Shown: positions 8,205 through 17,272 of the stretch, one piece after another
Layout of the letters: every line of letters begins with the position of its first letter
How positions within the stretch are numbered: position 1 is the first letter of the stretch
Assembly (NCBI GenBank): GCA_002785215.1
Contig: PFMK01000045.1
Span: 1 to 41,215, forward strand
Length of the DNA: 41,215 nt
Reading direction: 5' to 3'
Source: Candidatus Gottesmanbacteria bacterium CG_4_10_14_0_8_um_filter_37_24
GTDB lineage: Bacteria > Patescibacteriota > Microgenomatia > 2-02-FULL-39-11
The notes under the pieces: model-generated
The model's input: the letters and a program-made list of their open reading frames with translations, nothing else
Database searches by the model: none
Told to the model about the DNA's origin: nothing
Translations under genes and position numbers: made by a program

Positions 8205-9098
8205 ATGTCTGTAAAAATTTCTGTTCCGGGAAAATTGATGATACTTGGTGAACATGCAGTGGTTTACGGTTATTCCTGTATTGTTTCGTCTGTTAATAAA
8301 TATCTATGTGTAGAAGCGGAAAAAATAGATTCAGGAAAAGATATATTTATTACACCTGAGGTTAAAGATAATCGTTTTGTAAAACATGCAGTAGGTTTTT
8401 TTAAGAATAAATTTAATATTGGTGATAAGGTAAAATTATCTACTAAAAGCAATCTGGGGAATTTCGGGTTGGGTTCCTCAGCGGCAGTAACAGTAGGGAC
8501 AATAAAGACTCTTTCGTCATTGTTTGGGATAGAAATATCTGAGCATCAATTGTTTGATATTTGTTTAAAAATTGTATTGAACGTGCAAAAAAAAGCATCA
8601 GGTTTTGATATTGCCTCGAGTATTCATAGGCACACGATATATTTTAGCGGTAAGACAAAAGAGGCAGATATAATATTTAAAGAAAATATTCCTATGGTGG
8701 TAGGGTTTTCAGGAGAAAAAGCATCAACCAACCAACTAGTTGAGAACGTTACACTTTTTAAAAGAGAATGTTCAAGTAAAGTAAACAAAATATTTATAGA
8801 TATCGGCCAAATAGTGGAAGCCGGAAAATGTGTCATCCAAAACAATGATTGGGAAGAGCTGGGTAGACTGATGAACAATAATCATAGCTTAATAAAACTA
8901 TTGGGCGTGAGTACCCAAAATTTGGACGTGATGGTTAACGCAGCTTGCAAGGCCGGGGCTTATGGAGCTAAACTGTCAGGAGCAGGCGGGGGGGATTGTA
9001 TGATTGCCTGTGTTCCGATTGAGAAGAAAGACAGGGTAGAAAAGGCTATCGAAAAGGTTGGGGGTCAAATCTTGAAGCTTAAAGTAGGCAGTAGATAA
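8205..9098 (+). CDS. GHMP kinase, phosphomevalonate-kinase-like
   Basis: 297 aa with VPGKLMILGEHAVVYG, GLGSSAAVTVG and KLSGAGGGDCMIA. The last motif resembles PMK more than MVK. It sits between mvk and the decarboxylase. Confidence 0.55.
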   Translation: MSVKISVPGKLMILGEHAVVYGYSCIVSSVNKYLCVEAEKIDSGKDIFITPEVKDNRFVKHAVGFFKNKFNIGDKVKLSTKSNLGNFGLGSSAAVTVGTIKTLSSLFGIEISEHQLFDICLKIVLNVQKKASGFDIASSIHRHTIYFSGKTKEADIIFKENIPMVVGFSGEKASTNQLVENVTLFKRECSSKVNKIFIDIGQIVEAGKCVIQNNDWEELGRLMNNNHSLIKLLGVSTQNLDVMVNAACKAGAYGAKLSGAGGGDCMIACVPIEKKDRVEKAIEKVGGQILKLKVGSR

Positions 9099-9133
9099 AC
9101 AAAAGAGGATAATGAAAGTATTATGTAATATAT

Positions 9134-10114
9134 ATGATTAAATCAACATCTATAGCACCGTCAAATATTGCCTTTATCAAATATTGGGGTAAAAAGGATT
9201 CTTCATTGAAACTTCCATTAAACGGCAGTGTGTCGATGAATTTATCAGGAATGACTACAACCACTACCGTGGAATTTAAAAAAGATTTTACGGAAGATGA
9301 GATATTGATTGAAAATGATGACAGAAAGAAGACAAAAGATAGAGTCAGTGGTCATTTAGATAAAATAAGGCAAATTACTGAAGTGGACATGAAGGCAAAA
9401 GTAGTTTCGCGAAATAATTTTCCTTCTTCTACAGGACTGTCATCATCGTCTTCAGCTTTTGCTGCTTTGACACTTGCAGCGGTAAACGCATTGAATCTTC
9501 ATCTGTCGGAAAAAGATCTGTCAATCCTCGCAAGGCAGGGTTCAGGTTCAGCATGCAGATCCATACCTGATGGTTTTGTTGAATGGTTGGAGGGAGAAGA
9601 CAGTAATTCTTCCTACTCTTATTCACTCCATCCCCCTGAGTATTTTGACATAGCAGATGTGGTTATTGTGGTAAGTGACAAGAAAAAAGACATAAGTTCT
9701 ACAGAAGGACAAATTTTAGCTGATACAAGTCCATTTATGGCAACTAGACTCGCGAATATTAAAGATAAAATAATAAAGATCAAACAAATTATCAATAAAA
9801 AGGATTTTTCATCATTTGGGCAGCTTATCGAATCGGAAGCGTTAGAAATGCATGCAATCATGTTGACGTCAAATCCTCCCCTTATATACTGGCAGCCGGG
9901 AACAATAAACATAATCAAACTCGTGAAGAAAATGAGGACTGAGGGTTTGGAAGTTTATTTTTCGTTAAATACAGGTCAGGATGTTCACATTATTTGTAAA
10001 AGAAAGGACGTTAATAAACTAGAGGGTTATTTTAGAAAAATAGAAGAAGTAAAAAGAATTATAGTAAATTATCCAAGCGTTGGTGCAAGATTATCAGACA
10101 ATCACTTATTTTAA
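9134..10114 (+). CDS. mvaD: diphosphomevalonate decarboxylase
   Basis: 326 aa with APSNIAFIKYWGKKD, GLSSSSSAFAAL and QGSGSACRS motifs. Confidence 0.8.
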   Translation: MIKSTSIAPSNIAFIKYWGKKDSSLKLPLNGSVSMNLSGMTTTTTVEFKKDFTEDEILIENDDRKKTKDRVSGHLDKIRQITEVDMKAKVVSRNNFPSSTGLSSSSSAFAALTLAAVNALNLHLSEKDLSILARQGSGSACRSIPDGFVEWLEGEDSNSSYSYSLHPPEYFDIADVVIVVSDKKKDISSTEGQILADTSPFMATRLANIKDKIIKIKQIINKKDFSSFGQLIESEALEMHAIMLTSNPPLIYWQPGTINIIKLVKKMRTEGLEVYFSLNTGQDVHIICKRKDVNKLEGYFRKIEEVKRIIVNYPSVGARLSDNHLF

Positions 10115-10118
10115 TCTT

Positions 10119-10826
10119 ATGAAACAAGATTTATTTTTACCTAAACACGTAGCCATAATCATGGATGGAAACAGAAGATGGGCAAGAAAAAACAGACTTC
10201 CTTCTTTTGAGGGGCACCGCAGGGGAGAAGAAAAAATTGAACCAATTATTGATATGGCAATTGAAATGGGAATCCCTTTTCTCACTTTCTGGGCTTTTTC
10301 CACAGAAAATTGGAAAAGATCAAAAGAAGAAGTAAGCTTCCTTTTGAATCTATATAGAAATGTATTAGATAAAAAGATTGATAAGTATCATAAGAAGAAT
10401 GTCAGGATAAACGTAATCGGAAACATATCGATGTTTCCTGGTGATATCCAGGAGAAAACTCAAAAGTGGATGGAGAAAACAAAAAATAATAAGATAATTA
10501 CAGTAAATATTGCCTTAAGTTACGGAGGAAGGGATGAAATAATACGGGGGGTTAATAATATGCTTCAGAGATTAACCACCCAAAAAGAAAAAATTGGAAA
10601 AATTACTGCAGACGCACTTAAGAATTATTTGGATACTAAAGGTCAACCAGATCCGGATCTTTTAATAAGAACAGGCGGAGAAAAAAGACTTTCAGGTTTT
10701 CTTCTTTGGCAGCTTGAATACGCGGAGTTATATTTTACAGATGTAAATTGGCCGGATTTTTATCCTTCTGAATTTAAGAAAGCTATTGAAGAGTATCAAC
10801 TTCGACAAAGAAGATTTGGTAAATAA
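10119..10826 (+). CDS. uppS: di-trans,poly-cis-undecaprenyl-diphosphate synthase
   Basis: I prefer the start MKQDLFLPKHVAIIMDGNRRWA (ATG 10119), 4 nt after the decarboxylase stop. Motifs: FAFSTENWKR-like (WAFSTENWKRS), IRTGGEKRLSGFLLWQ..YAELYF. Confidence 0.85.
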   Translation: MKQDLFLPKHVAIIMDGNRRWARKNRLPSFEGHRRGEEKIEPIIDMAIEMGIPFLTFWAFSTENWKRSKEEVSFLLNLYRNVLDKKIDKYHKKNVRINVIGNISMFPGDIQEKTQKWMEKTKNNKIITVNIALSYGGRDEIIRGVNNMLQRLTTQKEKIGKITADALKNYLDTKGQPDPDLLIRTGGEKRLSGFLLWQLEYAELYFTDVNWPDFYPSEFKKAIEEYQLRQRRFGK

Positions 10827-10966
10827 AAGTTTGAATTTGACAAGTGAGCTTGATATGTTGAAACAACTTAAATGTGTTTCAGTATAAATCCTTATGGACG
10901 GATTTAGCCTCATTTTTCTTCCCAAAAAGTTGCAAAATGCAGTAAAAAGGGTATAGAATTGTTTTG

Positions 10967-11806
10967 ATGGATAGGAAAAGACTGACAATCACGCTAAATA
11001 AAACCCTTCTTAAAAAAGTGGATGACGTGATAGATGGTACGAAGATTAGGAACAAATCTCATGCGATAGAATACCTGATTACCCAAAGTATATCCCCCCA
11101 AGTGACCCAGGCAGTAGTACTTGCCGGAGGTAAGGGTCTAAATATGCGGCCTTACACTTTTGAAATGCCAAAAGCTCTTTTTCCTGTAGGTGGTAAACCA
11201 ATACTGGAATATATAGTGGAAATGTTGAGAAGATATGAAATAAGAAATATCATCTTTTCAATTGGGCATTTAGGAGATAAAATCAGGGATCATTTCGGAG
11301 ACGGAGAAAAATTCGGTGTAGACATAACTTACGTTTCAGAAGAAAAAGAGGCGGGTACGGGAGGAGCTTTAGTTTTGGCAAAAAAACATATAAAAAATGA
11401 AACTTTTCTGGTGATACACGGAGATATCCTGATAAATTTAAATATTTCTGATTTCATTACTTTTCATAAAGAACAGGGCTTACCAGCTACAATCGCCCTG
11501 ACCTCGGTAGTGGATCCTTCCAGTTTCGGTGAAGTAGCTCTTCACGGAACAAGAATAACCAGATTTATTGAAAAACCAAAAAAAGGCAAACAACTTTCTC
11601 AACTGATAAATTGCGGATTATATGCTTTAGAAAAAAATATTTTAAGTTTTCTGCCGGCTGACGGATATTCTCTTCTGGAAGATATTTTCCCGAAGCTGGC
11701 CAGTATGAAACAACTGGCGGGTTTTAACTTTGAAGGCCAGTGGATAGACATAGGTACGCCTGCGTCATACGAAAAGGCCATTAAGGAATGGAAAGTAAAA
11801 AAGTAA
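10967..11806 (+). CDS. ribbon-helix-helix domain fused to a sugar-1-phosphate nucleotidyltransferase
   Basis: The N-terminal ~45 aa (RLTITLNKTLLKKVDDVIDGTKIRNKSHAIEYLI) look CopG/RHH-like. They are followed by LAGGKGLNMRPYTFEMPKALFPVGGKP (NTP-transferase G-loop). An ATG at 10967 sits just inside the TTG of the ORF track. Confidence 0.7.
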   Translation: MDRKRLTITLNKTLLKKVDDVIDGTKIRNKSHAIEYLITQSISPQVTQAVVLAGGKGLNMRPYTFEMPKALFPVGGKPILEYIVEMLRRYEIRNIIFSIGHLGDKIRDHFGDGEKFGVDITYVSEEKEAGTGGALVLAKKHIKNETFLVIHGDILINLNISDFITFHKEQGLPATIALTSVVDPSSFGEVALHGTRITRFIEKPKKGKQLSQLINCGLYALEKNILSFLPADGYSLLEDIFPKLASMKQLAGFNFEGQWIDIGTPASYEKAIKEWKVKK

Positions 11807-11936
11807 AGACTCCCCGCGTCAGACACCAGGCTGATTTAAGCTTCTCAGTTGACTTACTGTATTTTTCTTCTTTCCTCGTCCTGAGTTTGTCGAAGGACTC
11901 GTTTCAATAGGATGAAAGTGATAAAATAAGCCAAGA

Positions 11937-14684
11937 ATGATAGATAAAAAAAAGTTAAAAGAAAATATCAAAAGACTTATTGAGAAATACGAACTTTCTA
12001 AAAAATCTTTTTCAATAAGTAAATACAGCGAAGAAGAAACTAAAAAAGATTTTATATTACCTCTTTTTGCCTCTCTTGGTTGGGATGTGACTAATAAGAA
12101 TGAGGTTACAGCCGAAGAAAGCCAGTCATCCGGTCGAGTTGATTATGGTTTTTATTTAGAGGGAAGGATTAAGTTTTATCTTGAGGCTAAGTCGTTAAAA
12201 ACTGACTTACATCGAGAAGAATATGCTAATCAGGCAATCCGCTATTCCTGGAACAAAGGGGTGACTTGGGCAGTTTTAACTGATTTTGAGAGTATTAAAG
12301 TTTTTAATGTTCAGGATATATCGAAAAAATTGGGAGATAAGCTTTTTTTTGAAATTCCTTATTCACAGTATTTTGAAAGGTTAGATCAATTATGGTTACT
12401 GTCCAAAGATGCGTTTAAAGACAACCTCCTTGATATAGAGGCTGAAAAATACGGGAAAAAATTACAAAAAATATCCGTTGGCACTCTTTTATATAAAGAC
12501 TTGAATACATGTAGAGATATATTGACTCACGATTTATCCGCGTGGAATGATAATGTGTCAAAAGATTTACTTGATGAAGGCGTACAAAAAATTTTAGACA
12601 GACTAATTTTTATAAGGGTTGCTGAAGACAGAGAAGTTGAACCACCAACACTAATACCTTTAATCCGCGAATGGGAATCCAGAAAAGACAGAAATAAAAT
12701 TCCTCTTTATAAGTCAATGGTAGCCAAGTTTAGAGAGTTGAACGAAATATATAATTCTAACCTATTTTCCGAACATCCATTTGAAGAATGGGAAGATCAT
12801 AGCGATGCTACAAAAAGGGTTGTTGATATTCTTTATGGCAAAAAGGGATATTACGAATATGATTTTAAAGTTATTCCCGCTGATGTTTTGGGAAGCGTGT
12901 ATGAGAATTATTTAGGATACCGCCTTTCAAAATCAAGAAAGGGTATGACACTTGATATAGATGCTAGAAAAAGAAAAGAACAGGGTATTTATTATACTCC
13001 CGATTTTATTGTTGACTATATTGTTAAAAACTCATTAAAACCGGTTCTAGATAAATGTAAAAACATCAATGATCTTAAGAAAATCAAGGTTCTAGATCCT
13101 GCCTGTGGTTCCGGTTCATTTCTTATTAAGGCTCTCGAGGTAATTTATGATAAATATAGAGAATTTGGTAATCCTGGTGGTGTTTATACGAAACTAACAA
13201 TATTACTTGATAATATTTTCGGTGTTGACTTGGATTCGCAAGCTGTAGAAATCGCCAGACTTAACCTTCTTATAAATACTTTAGACAATAGGATGAGATT
13301 ACCACCGCTGGATAAAAATATTAAAAATGGTAACTCATTAATTTCTGGTTCAGATGAAGAATCGAAAAAATATTTCGGAAAAAACTATAGAGATAAAAAA
13401 CCATTTAACTGGCAGGAAGAATTTCCTGATGTATTTAAACAAGGAGGTTTTGGTGCAATTGTTGGTAATCCACCATATATTCAGTTATCGATGGATGCAA
13501 AACAAGACAATGATTTAAAAAAATATCTATTGGATAAATATCAATCATCAATGGGACGACTCAATACCTTTGGTTTTTTTATTAGGCTTGGAATAGATCT
13601 ACTGAAAGAGAATGGAATTCTTGGCTTTATTATTCCTAATACACTTCTAACACAGGACTATTATAGGCAATTACGGGAGACGATCTTGAATTACTGCATT
13701 ATAAGTAATATTGTTACTTTTCAAGATTTACCATTCAAGGATGCTGTAGTAGAAAACATTATTATTATCGTCCAAAAAACTAAATCCGAAAGAGAAAGAA
13801 ACAATAACAAAGTGATAATAAGTTATGTCAATGAGAAGTACGAGATATTAAGTAGAAAGAAGATAAATCAGAGAATATTTTATGAATCCAAGCAAAAAAC
13901 TTTTAATATTCGTGCAGGACAGAAGAACATGATTTTAAAACAAAAAATTGAGGAGGCAGCAGAACCTCTAGGAAATTTTCTTACAATTAATCAAGCAATT
14001 GCACTTAAACACGATCGGTCCAAGTATCTTTTTGATAAAAAATTAAATGCTAATTATAAACCGGTTTTAGACGGGCGAGATATTACTCGTTACTTTTTAT
14101 GTTGGTCTGGTAAATATTTGAATTATGATATCGATGCTATTCACAGCTGCAAGAGACAAGATATATTTTTATCGAGAGAGAAACTTTTTTTCAGAAGAGT
14201 CGGTGATAGATTGATTGCTACCTATGATGGGAAACAGTTTTATGCCTTAAACACTCTAGTGGTGATGAATCTGAAAGAAGGGATTGAATACAATCTGAAA
14301 TACTGTCTTGCTCTGTTTAATTCATCATTGCTAAATTATTACTTTTTAAATTTCTTAAAATCCACAAAAAAGGTGTTTTCTGAGATTCAAGCAAGACAAG
14401 TTGCTCAACTTCCCATTAAAATTATTAATTTTTCTAAGCCAGCAGATAAAGCAATACATGATCGTATTGTAGATCTTGCTCAATCTATGCTTAATTTAAA
14501 TAAGCAACTCGCAAATTTATCTGTTAATTCTAATGAATGGCTTGAGATTCAAACTGAAATCGGAAGAATAGATAAAAGATTAAATGCTGAAATTTATAAA
14601 CTCTACAGCCTCACGTCGGAGGAAATTGCGATTGTGGAGGGGGAAAGGAAAAGCAAAGCTTTTCTGCAAGTAAGTAAACTATGA
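11937..14684 (+). CDS. Type IIG restriction-modification enzyme (PD-(D/E)xK nuclease + gamma-class N6-adenine DNA methyltransferase + TaqI-like TRD in one chain)
   Basis: 915 aa. Nuclease motif GRVD69YGF...YLE83AK85. QGIYYTP motif. AdoMet motif I VLDPACGSGSFL (387-396). Catalytic NPPY (511-514). Eco57I-like segment LNTFGFFIRLGIDLLKENGILGFIIPNTLL. C-terminal LALFNSSLLNYYF is TRD-like. Confidence 0.8.
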   Translation: MIDKKKLKENIKRLIEKYELSKKSFSISKYSEEETKKDFILPLFASLGWDVTNKNEVTAEESQSSGRVDYGFYLEGRIKFYLEAKSLKTDLHREEYANQAIRYSWNKGVTWAVLTDFESIKVFNVQDISKKLGDKLFFEIPYSQYFERLDQLWLLSKDAFKDNLLDIEAEKYGKKLQKISVGTLLYKDLNTCRDILTHDLSAWNDNVSKDLLDEGVQKILDRLIFIRVAEDREVEPPTLIPLIREWESRKDRNKIPLYKSMVAKFRELNEIYNSNLFSEHPFEEWEDHSDATKRVVDILYGKKGYYEYDFKVIPADVLGSVYENYLGYRLSKSRKGMTLDIDARKRKEQGIYYTPDFIVDYIVKNSLKPVLDKCKNINDLKKIKVLDPACGSGSFLIKALEVIYDKYREFGNPGGVYTKLTILLDNIFGVDLDSQAVEIARLNLLINTLDNRMRLPPLDKNIKNGNSLISGSDEESKKYFGKNYRDKKPFNWQEEFPDVFKQGGFGAIVGNPPYIQLSMDAKQDNDLKKYLLDKYQSSMGRLNTFGFFIRLGIDLLKENGILGFIIPNTLLTQDYYRQLRETILNYCIISNIVTFQDLPFKDAVVENIIIIVQKTKSERERNNNKVIISYVNEKYEILSRKKINQRIFYESKQKTFNIRAGQKNMILKQKIEEAAEPLGNFLTINQAIALKHDRSKYLFDKKLNANYKPVLDGRDITRYFLCWSGKYLNYDIDAIHSCKRQDIFLSREKLFFRRVGDRLIATYDGKQFYALNTLVVMNLKEGIEYNLKYCLALFNSSLLNYYFLNFLKSTKKVFSEIQARQVAQLPIKIINFSKPADKAIHDRIVDLAQSMLNLNKQLANLSVNSNEWLEIQTEIGRIDKRLNAEIYKLYSLTSEEIAIVEGERKSKAFLQVSKL

Positions 14685-15610
14685 CTGAAAAAGAAATGGA
14701 GACAGAGATCAGGATGTCGCTGACTACCTTGACAAGAGGTATTCCTGAAGAGATAAGAAGCACGAAAAAGAGAATTGAAGCTTTGTGGAATAAAGAAACA
14801 AAGGTATTTAAAAAGTGTGCTCCTATCGCACTTGAATTCCTTCCCAAATTTGATCAGATTAAGAAAGATGAAAATAAGGCAGCTTTTGCGTCAGGACTTA
14901 GTTTATTCTTTTTGGTTTTGGGAGACGAATATTTCGACACACTGAAAAATTTTTCTTTAAAAGTCATTCAGCATCCTAACGGATCCGTCCGTGAGGCGAT
15001 CCGTAAAAGTGCGGATTGGTTATTTATATCTCTTTCTGCTCGCGCAGAGCCTTTTCTGTACCCAAAAACCAGGAGTTTAACTGAGAAACAAAAAGTTGTA
15101 CAAGCAGAAGCACAGAAGCAATACCTAAATCTTGCAAAAGAAATAGAATTGCTTATTGAATTATATGATAAGGGGGATACTAGAGTACAATACATTGACG
15201 AAATGAAACCATCGGTAAATAAAAGTTTGCAGCTTTTTTGGAGTAGATTAACGGAAAGTCCTGTATACCGCAGAATTTTAAAGCAGATGCGGTTCCAGCC
15301 ATATGAAATAGCCAAACAGAGAGCGGAAGTTGAAAAGGAGCTTGTAGTAATACTTGAAAAATCAAAGAGCGATTATACTTTGCAGGATATTCAGGAATGT
15401 ATTTTCCACGAAGATGGCAAGGAGGCTTTAACTGATATTATCTCTATGTTTGATACCGGCCAAAAGATGCCGAGTCTGGATAAAATTCTTGAAACTGTAA
15501 ATGATGCCTGGAATCTTTTCCCTCACAAAATCCTTGGTGGTTTATCGCCAGCAGAGAAATTTCTCGAATATAAAAAGACGCAGCAAAAGAATAAGAATAT
15601 GGTAAATTAA
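14681..15610 (+). CDS. hypothetical protein (alpha-helical, one HEAT-like segment), translationally coupled to the R-M gene
   Basis: 309 aa. Its ATG overlaps the R-M TGA (ATGA at 14681..14684). It contains HPNGSVREAIRKS (HEAT-like) and a C-terminal WNLFPHKILGGLSPAEKF motif. I recognise no family. Confidence 0.5.
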   Translation: MTEKEMETEIRMSLTTLTRGIPEEIRSTKKRIEALWNKETKVFKKCAPIALEFLPKFDQIKKDENKAAFASGLSLFFLVLGDEYFDTLKNFSLKVIQHPNGSVREAIRKSADWLFISLSARAEPFLYPKTRSLTEKQKVVQAEAQKQYLNLAKEIELLIELYDKGDTRVQYIDEMKPSVNKSLQLFWSRLTESPVYRRILKQMRFQPYEIAKQRAEVEKELVVILEKSKSDYTLQDIQECIFHEDGKEALTDIISMFDTGQKMPSLDKILETVNDAWNLFPHKILGGLSPAEKFLEYKKTQQKNKNMVN

Positions 15611-15763
15611 CATACAATTAACAACCCTTTAAAACCCCGGGAGTTGCCAAGCTTATTCTGATAATTTGATTCAAAATTCGAGAATTCAAAACGACAGATG
15701 ACTTTACTAATAGTAAGAACTCATCTAAAATAATATCTTAACTTTATAAAATTATTTTATGTT

Positions 15764-16747
15764 ATGAAAAAAACATTCACCTCTCATCCGGAATATCAAT
15801 ATTTGAATCTGGCAAAAGACATAATGAAGAATGGAACATGGAAAATAAGTCATTCGACAGGAGTAAAGTTGAAAAGTGTCTTCGGTAGACAAATTAGATT
15901 CGATCTATCAAAGGGTTTTCCGCTTCTTACGACAAAGAAAGTTTTTTCCAGAGGTATTATTCATGAGTTGATTTGGTTTCTATCAGGTTCATCAAATATC
16001 AAATATTTAGTTGATAACAATGTGCATATATGGGATGAGTGGGCATATAAAAAATATGAATGGGCTGTAAATTCCGGTAAGGTCAAAAAGATGACATATG
16101 AAGATTTTATTGAAAGAATTCAAAAAGATCCGAAGTTTTTGGAAAAATGGGGGGAGTTGGGGCCTGTATATGGAGTGCAGTGGAGAAAATGGCCCGCCTA
16201 CGCTGAAGCTTCAGCGGACAAGCCCGCTAGAATTAAAACGGTGGATCAGTTGGGGTGGGCAATTGAAAAAATTAAAAAATATCCTCAAAAAAAGCATTAT
16301 GTAATATCAGCATGGAATGCAGGTTGCATTTACGAGATGTCAGGATCTCATGACGCCTCTATGGTAATTGCTCCATGTCATACGATGTTTCATATAAATA
16401 TTACAGGAGACAAATTGTCGCTTCTTTTATACCAACGCAGTGCAGATTTTTTCCTGGGAGTACCTTTTAACATCGCCAGTTATTCACTTTTGACTTTGAT
16501 GCTTGCACAAGTTACAGGATACAAGCCCGGAGACTTCGTGCATACATTCGGGGATGTACATATCTATGAAAATCATTTTGACCAGATGAGGGAACAGATC
16601 AAAAGAATCCCTAAACCTTTCCCCAAAATGAAGCTTAATCCAAAGGCCAAAAAAATTGACGATTTCAAATTTGAGGATTTTACACTCTTAGGATATGATC
16701 CCCATCCGCCTATAAAAGGCGAGATTACGGTGGTTGGAGGTTTCTAG
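15764..16747 (+). CDS. thyA: thymidylate synthase (ThyA) with a long internal insertion
   Basis: 327 aa with GVQWRKW, APCHTMFHINI (catalytic Cys), YQRSADFFLGVPFNIASY and FGDVHIYENH. The extra ~50 aa before GVQWR resemble the long-form (L. casei-type) enzymes. Confidence 0.9.
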   Translation: MKKTFTSHPEYQYLNLAKDIMKNGTWKISHSTGVKLKSVFGRQIRFDLSKGFPLLTTKKVFSRGIIHELIWFLSGSSNIKYLVDNNVHIWDEWAYKKYEWAVNSGKVKKMTYEDFIERIQKDPKFLEKWGELGPVYGVQWRKWPAYAEASADKPARIKTVDQLGWAIEKIKKYPQKKHYVISAWNAGCIYEMSGSHDASMVIAPCHTMFHINITGDKLSLLLYQRSADFFLGVPFNIASYSLLTLMLAQVTGYKPGDFVHTFGDVHIYENHFDQMREQIKRIPKPFPKMKLNPKAKKIDDFKFEDFTLLGYDPHPPIKGEITVVGGF

Positions 16748-17236
16748 ATGCAAAGAACCAAGATAAGTATTATTGCAGCCATAGCCGAAAATAGAGCCAT
16801 TGGTAAGAATAATAAACTACTTTGGCACATTCCCCAAGATATGAAGCATTTCAGGAAAATAACCTCAGGTCATCCTGTAGTTATGGGTAGGAAAACTTAT
16901 GAGTCTTTAGGCAGACCCCTTCCTGATAGAACTAATATCGTGGTTACCAGAGATAAACTTTTCCGGGCAAAAGGGTGTATTATCTGTTATTCTTTAGATA
17001 TTGCAATAAGAACGGCTGGTGCAAAGGACAGTCAGGAGATTTTTATAATAGGCGGCGGAAAAATATACGAACAGGCTATTACACTTGCCGACAAATTATA
17101 CCTGACTGTTGTAAAAGGGAATTATGAAGCTGATACTTATTTTCCGGATTACTCTGATTTTAAGAAAGTTGTTTCCAGGAAAGATAGGGAAGATAGTAAA
17201 TATAAATTTACTTTTTTAGAGCTCGAACGGCCGTAA
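16748..17236 (+). CDS. folA: dihydrofolate reductase
   Basis: 162 aa with ISIIAAIAENRAIGKNNKLLWHIPQDMKHFRKIT..VVMGRKTYESLG and IGGGKIYEQ. The ATG directly abuts the thyA TAG. Confidence 0.9.
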   Translation: MQRTKISIIAAIAENRAIGKNNKLLWHIPQDMKHFRKITSGHPVVMGRKTYESLGRPLPDRTNIVVTRDKLFRAKGCIICYSLDIAIRTAGAKDSQEIFIIGGGKIYEQAITLADKLYLTVVKGNYEADTYFPDYSDFKKVVSRKDREDSKYKFTFLELERP

Positions 17237-17272
17237 GAGATAAGTTATTTTTATCCATTCAACGCAGGATTA

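Noticed and set aside
10857-10885. TGAAACA-N9-TGTTTCA hairpin after uppS as an intrinsic terminator
   Set aside because: It is an AT-rich 7-bp stem without a following U-tract. It could equally be a protein-binding site, so I did not call it as a feature.
11945-11952. A8 tract in the first codons of the Type IIG R-M gene as a phase-variation switch
   Set aside because: It encodes a Lys run (DKKKL). Comparable A-runs are frequent throughout this AT-rich window (for example 15769.., 7148..), so there is no specific evidence for slipped-strand regulation.
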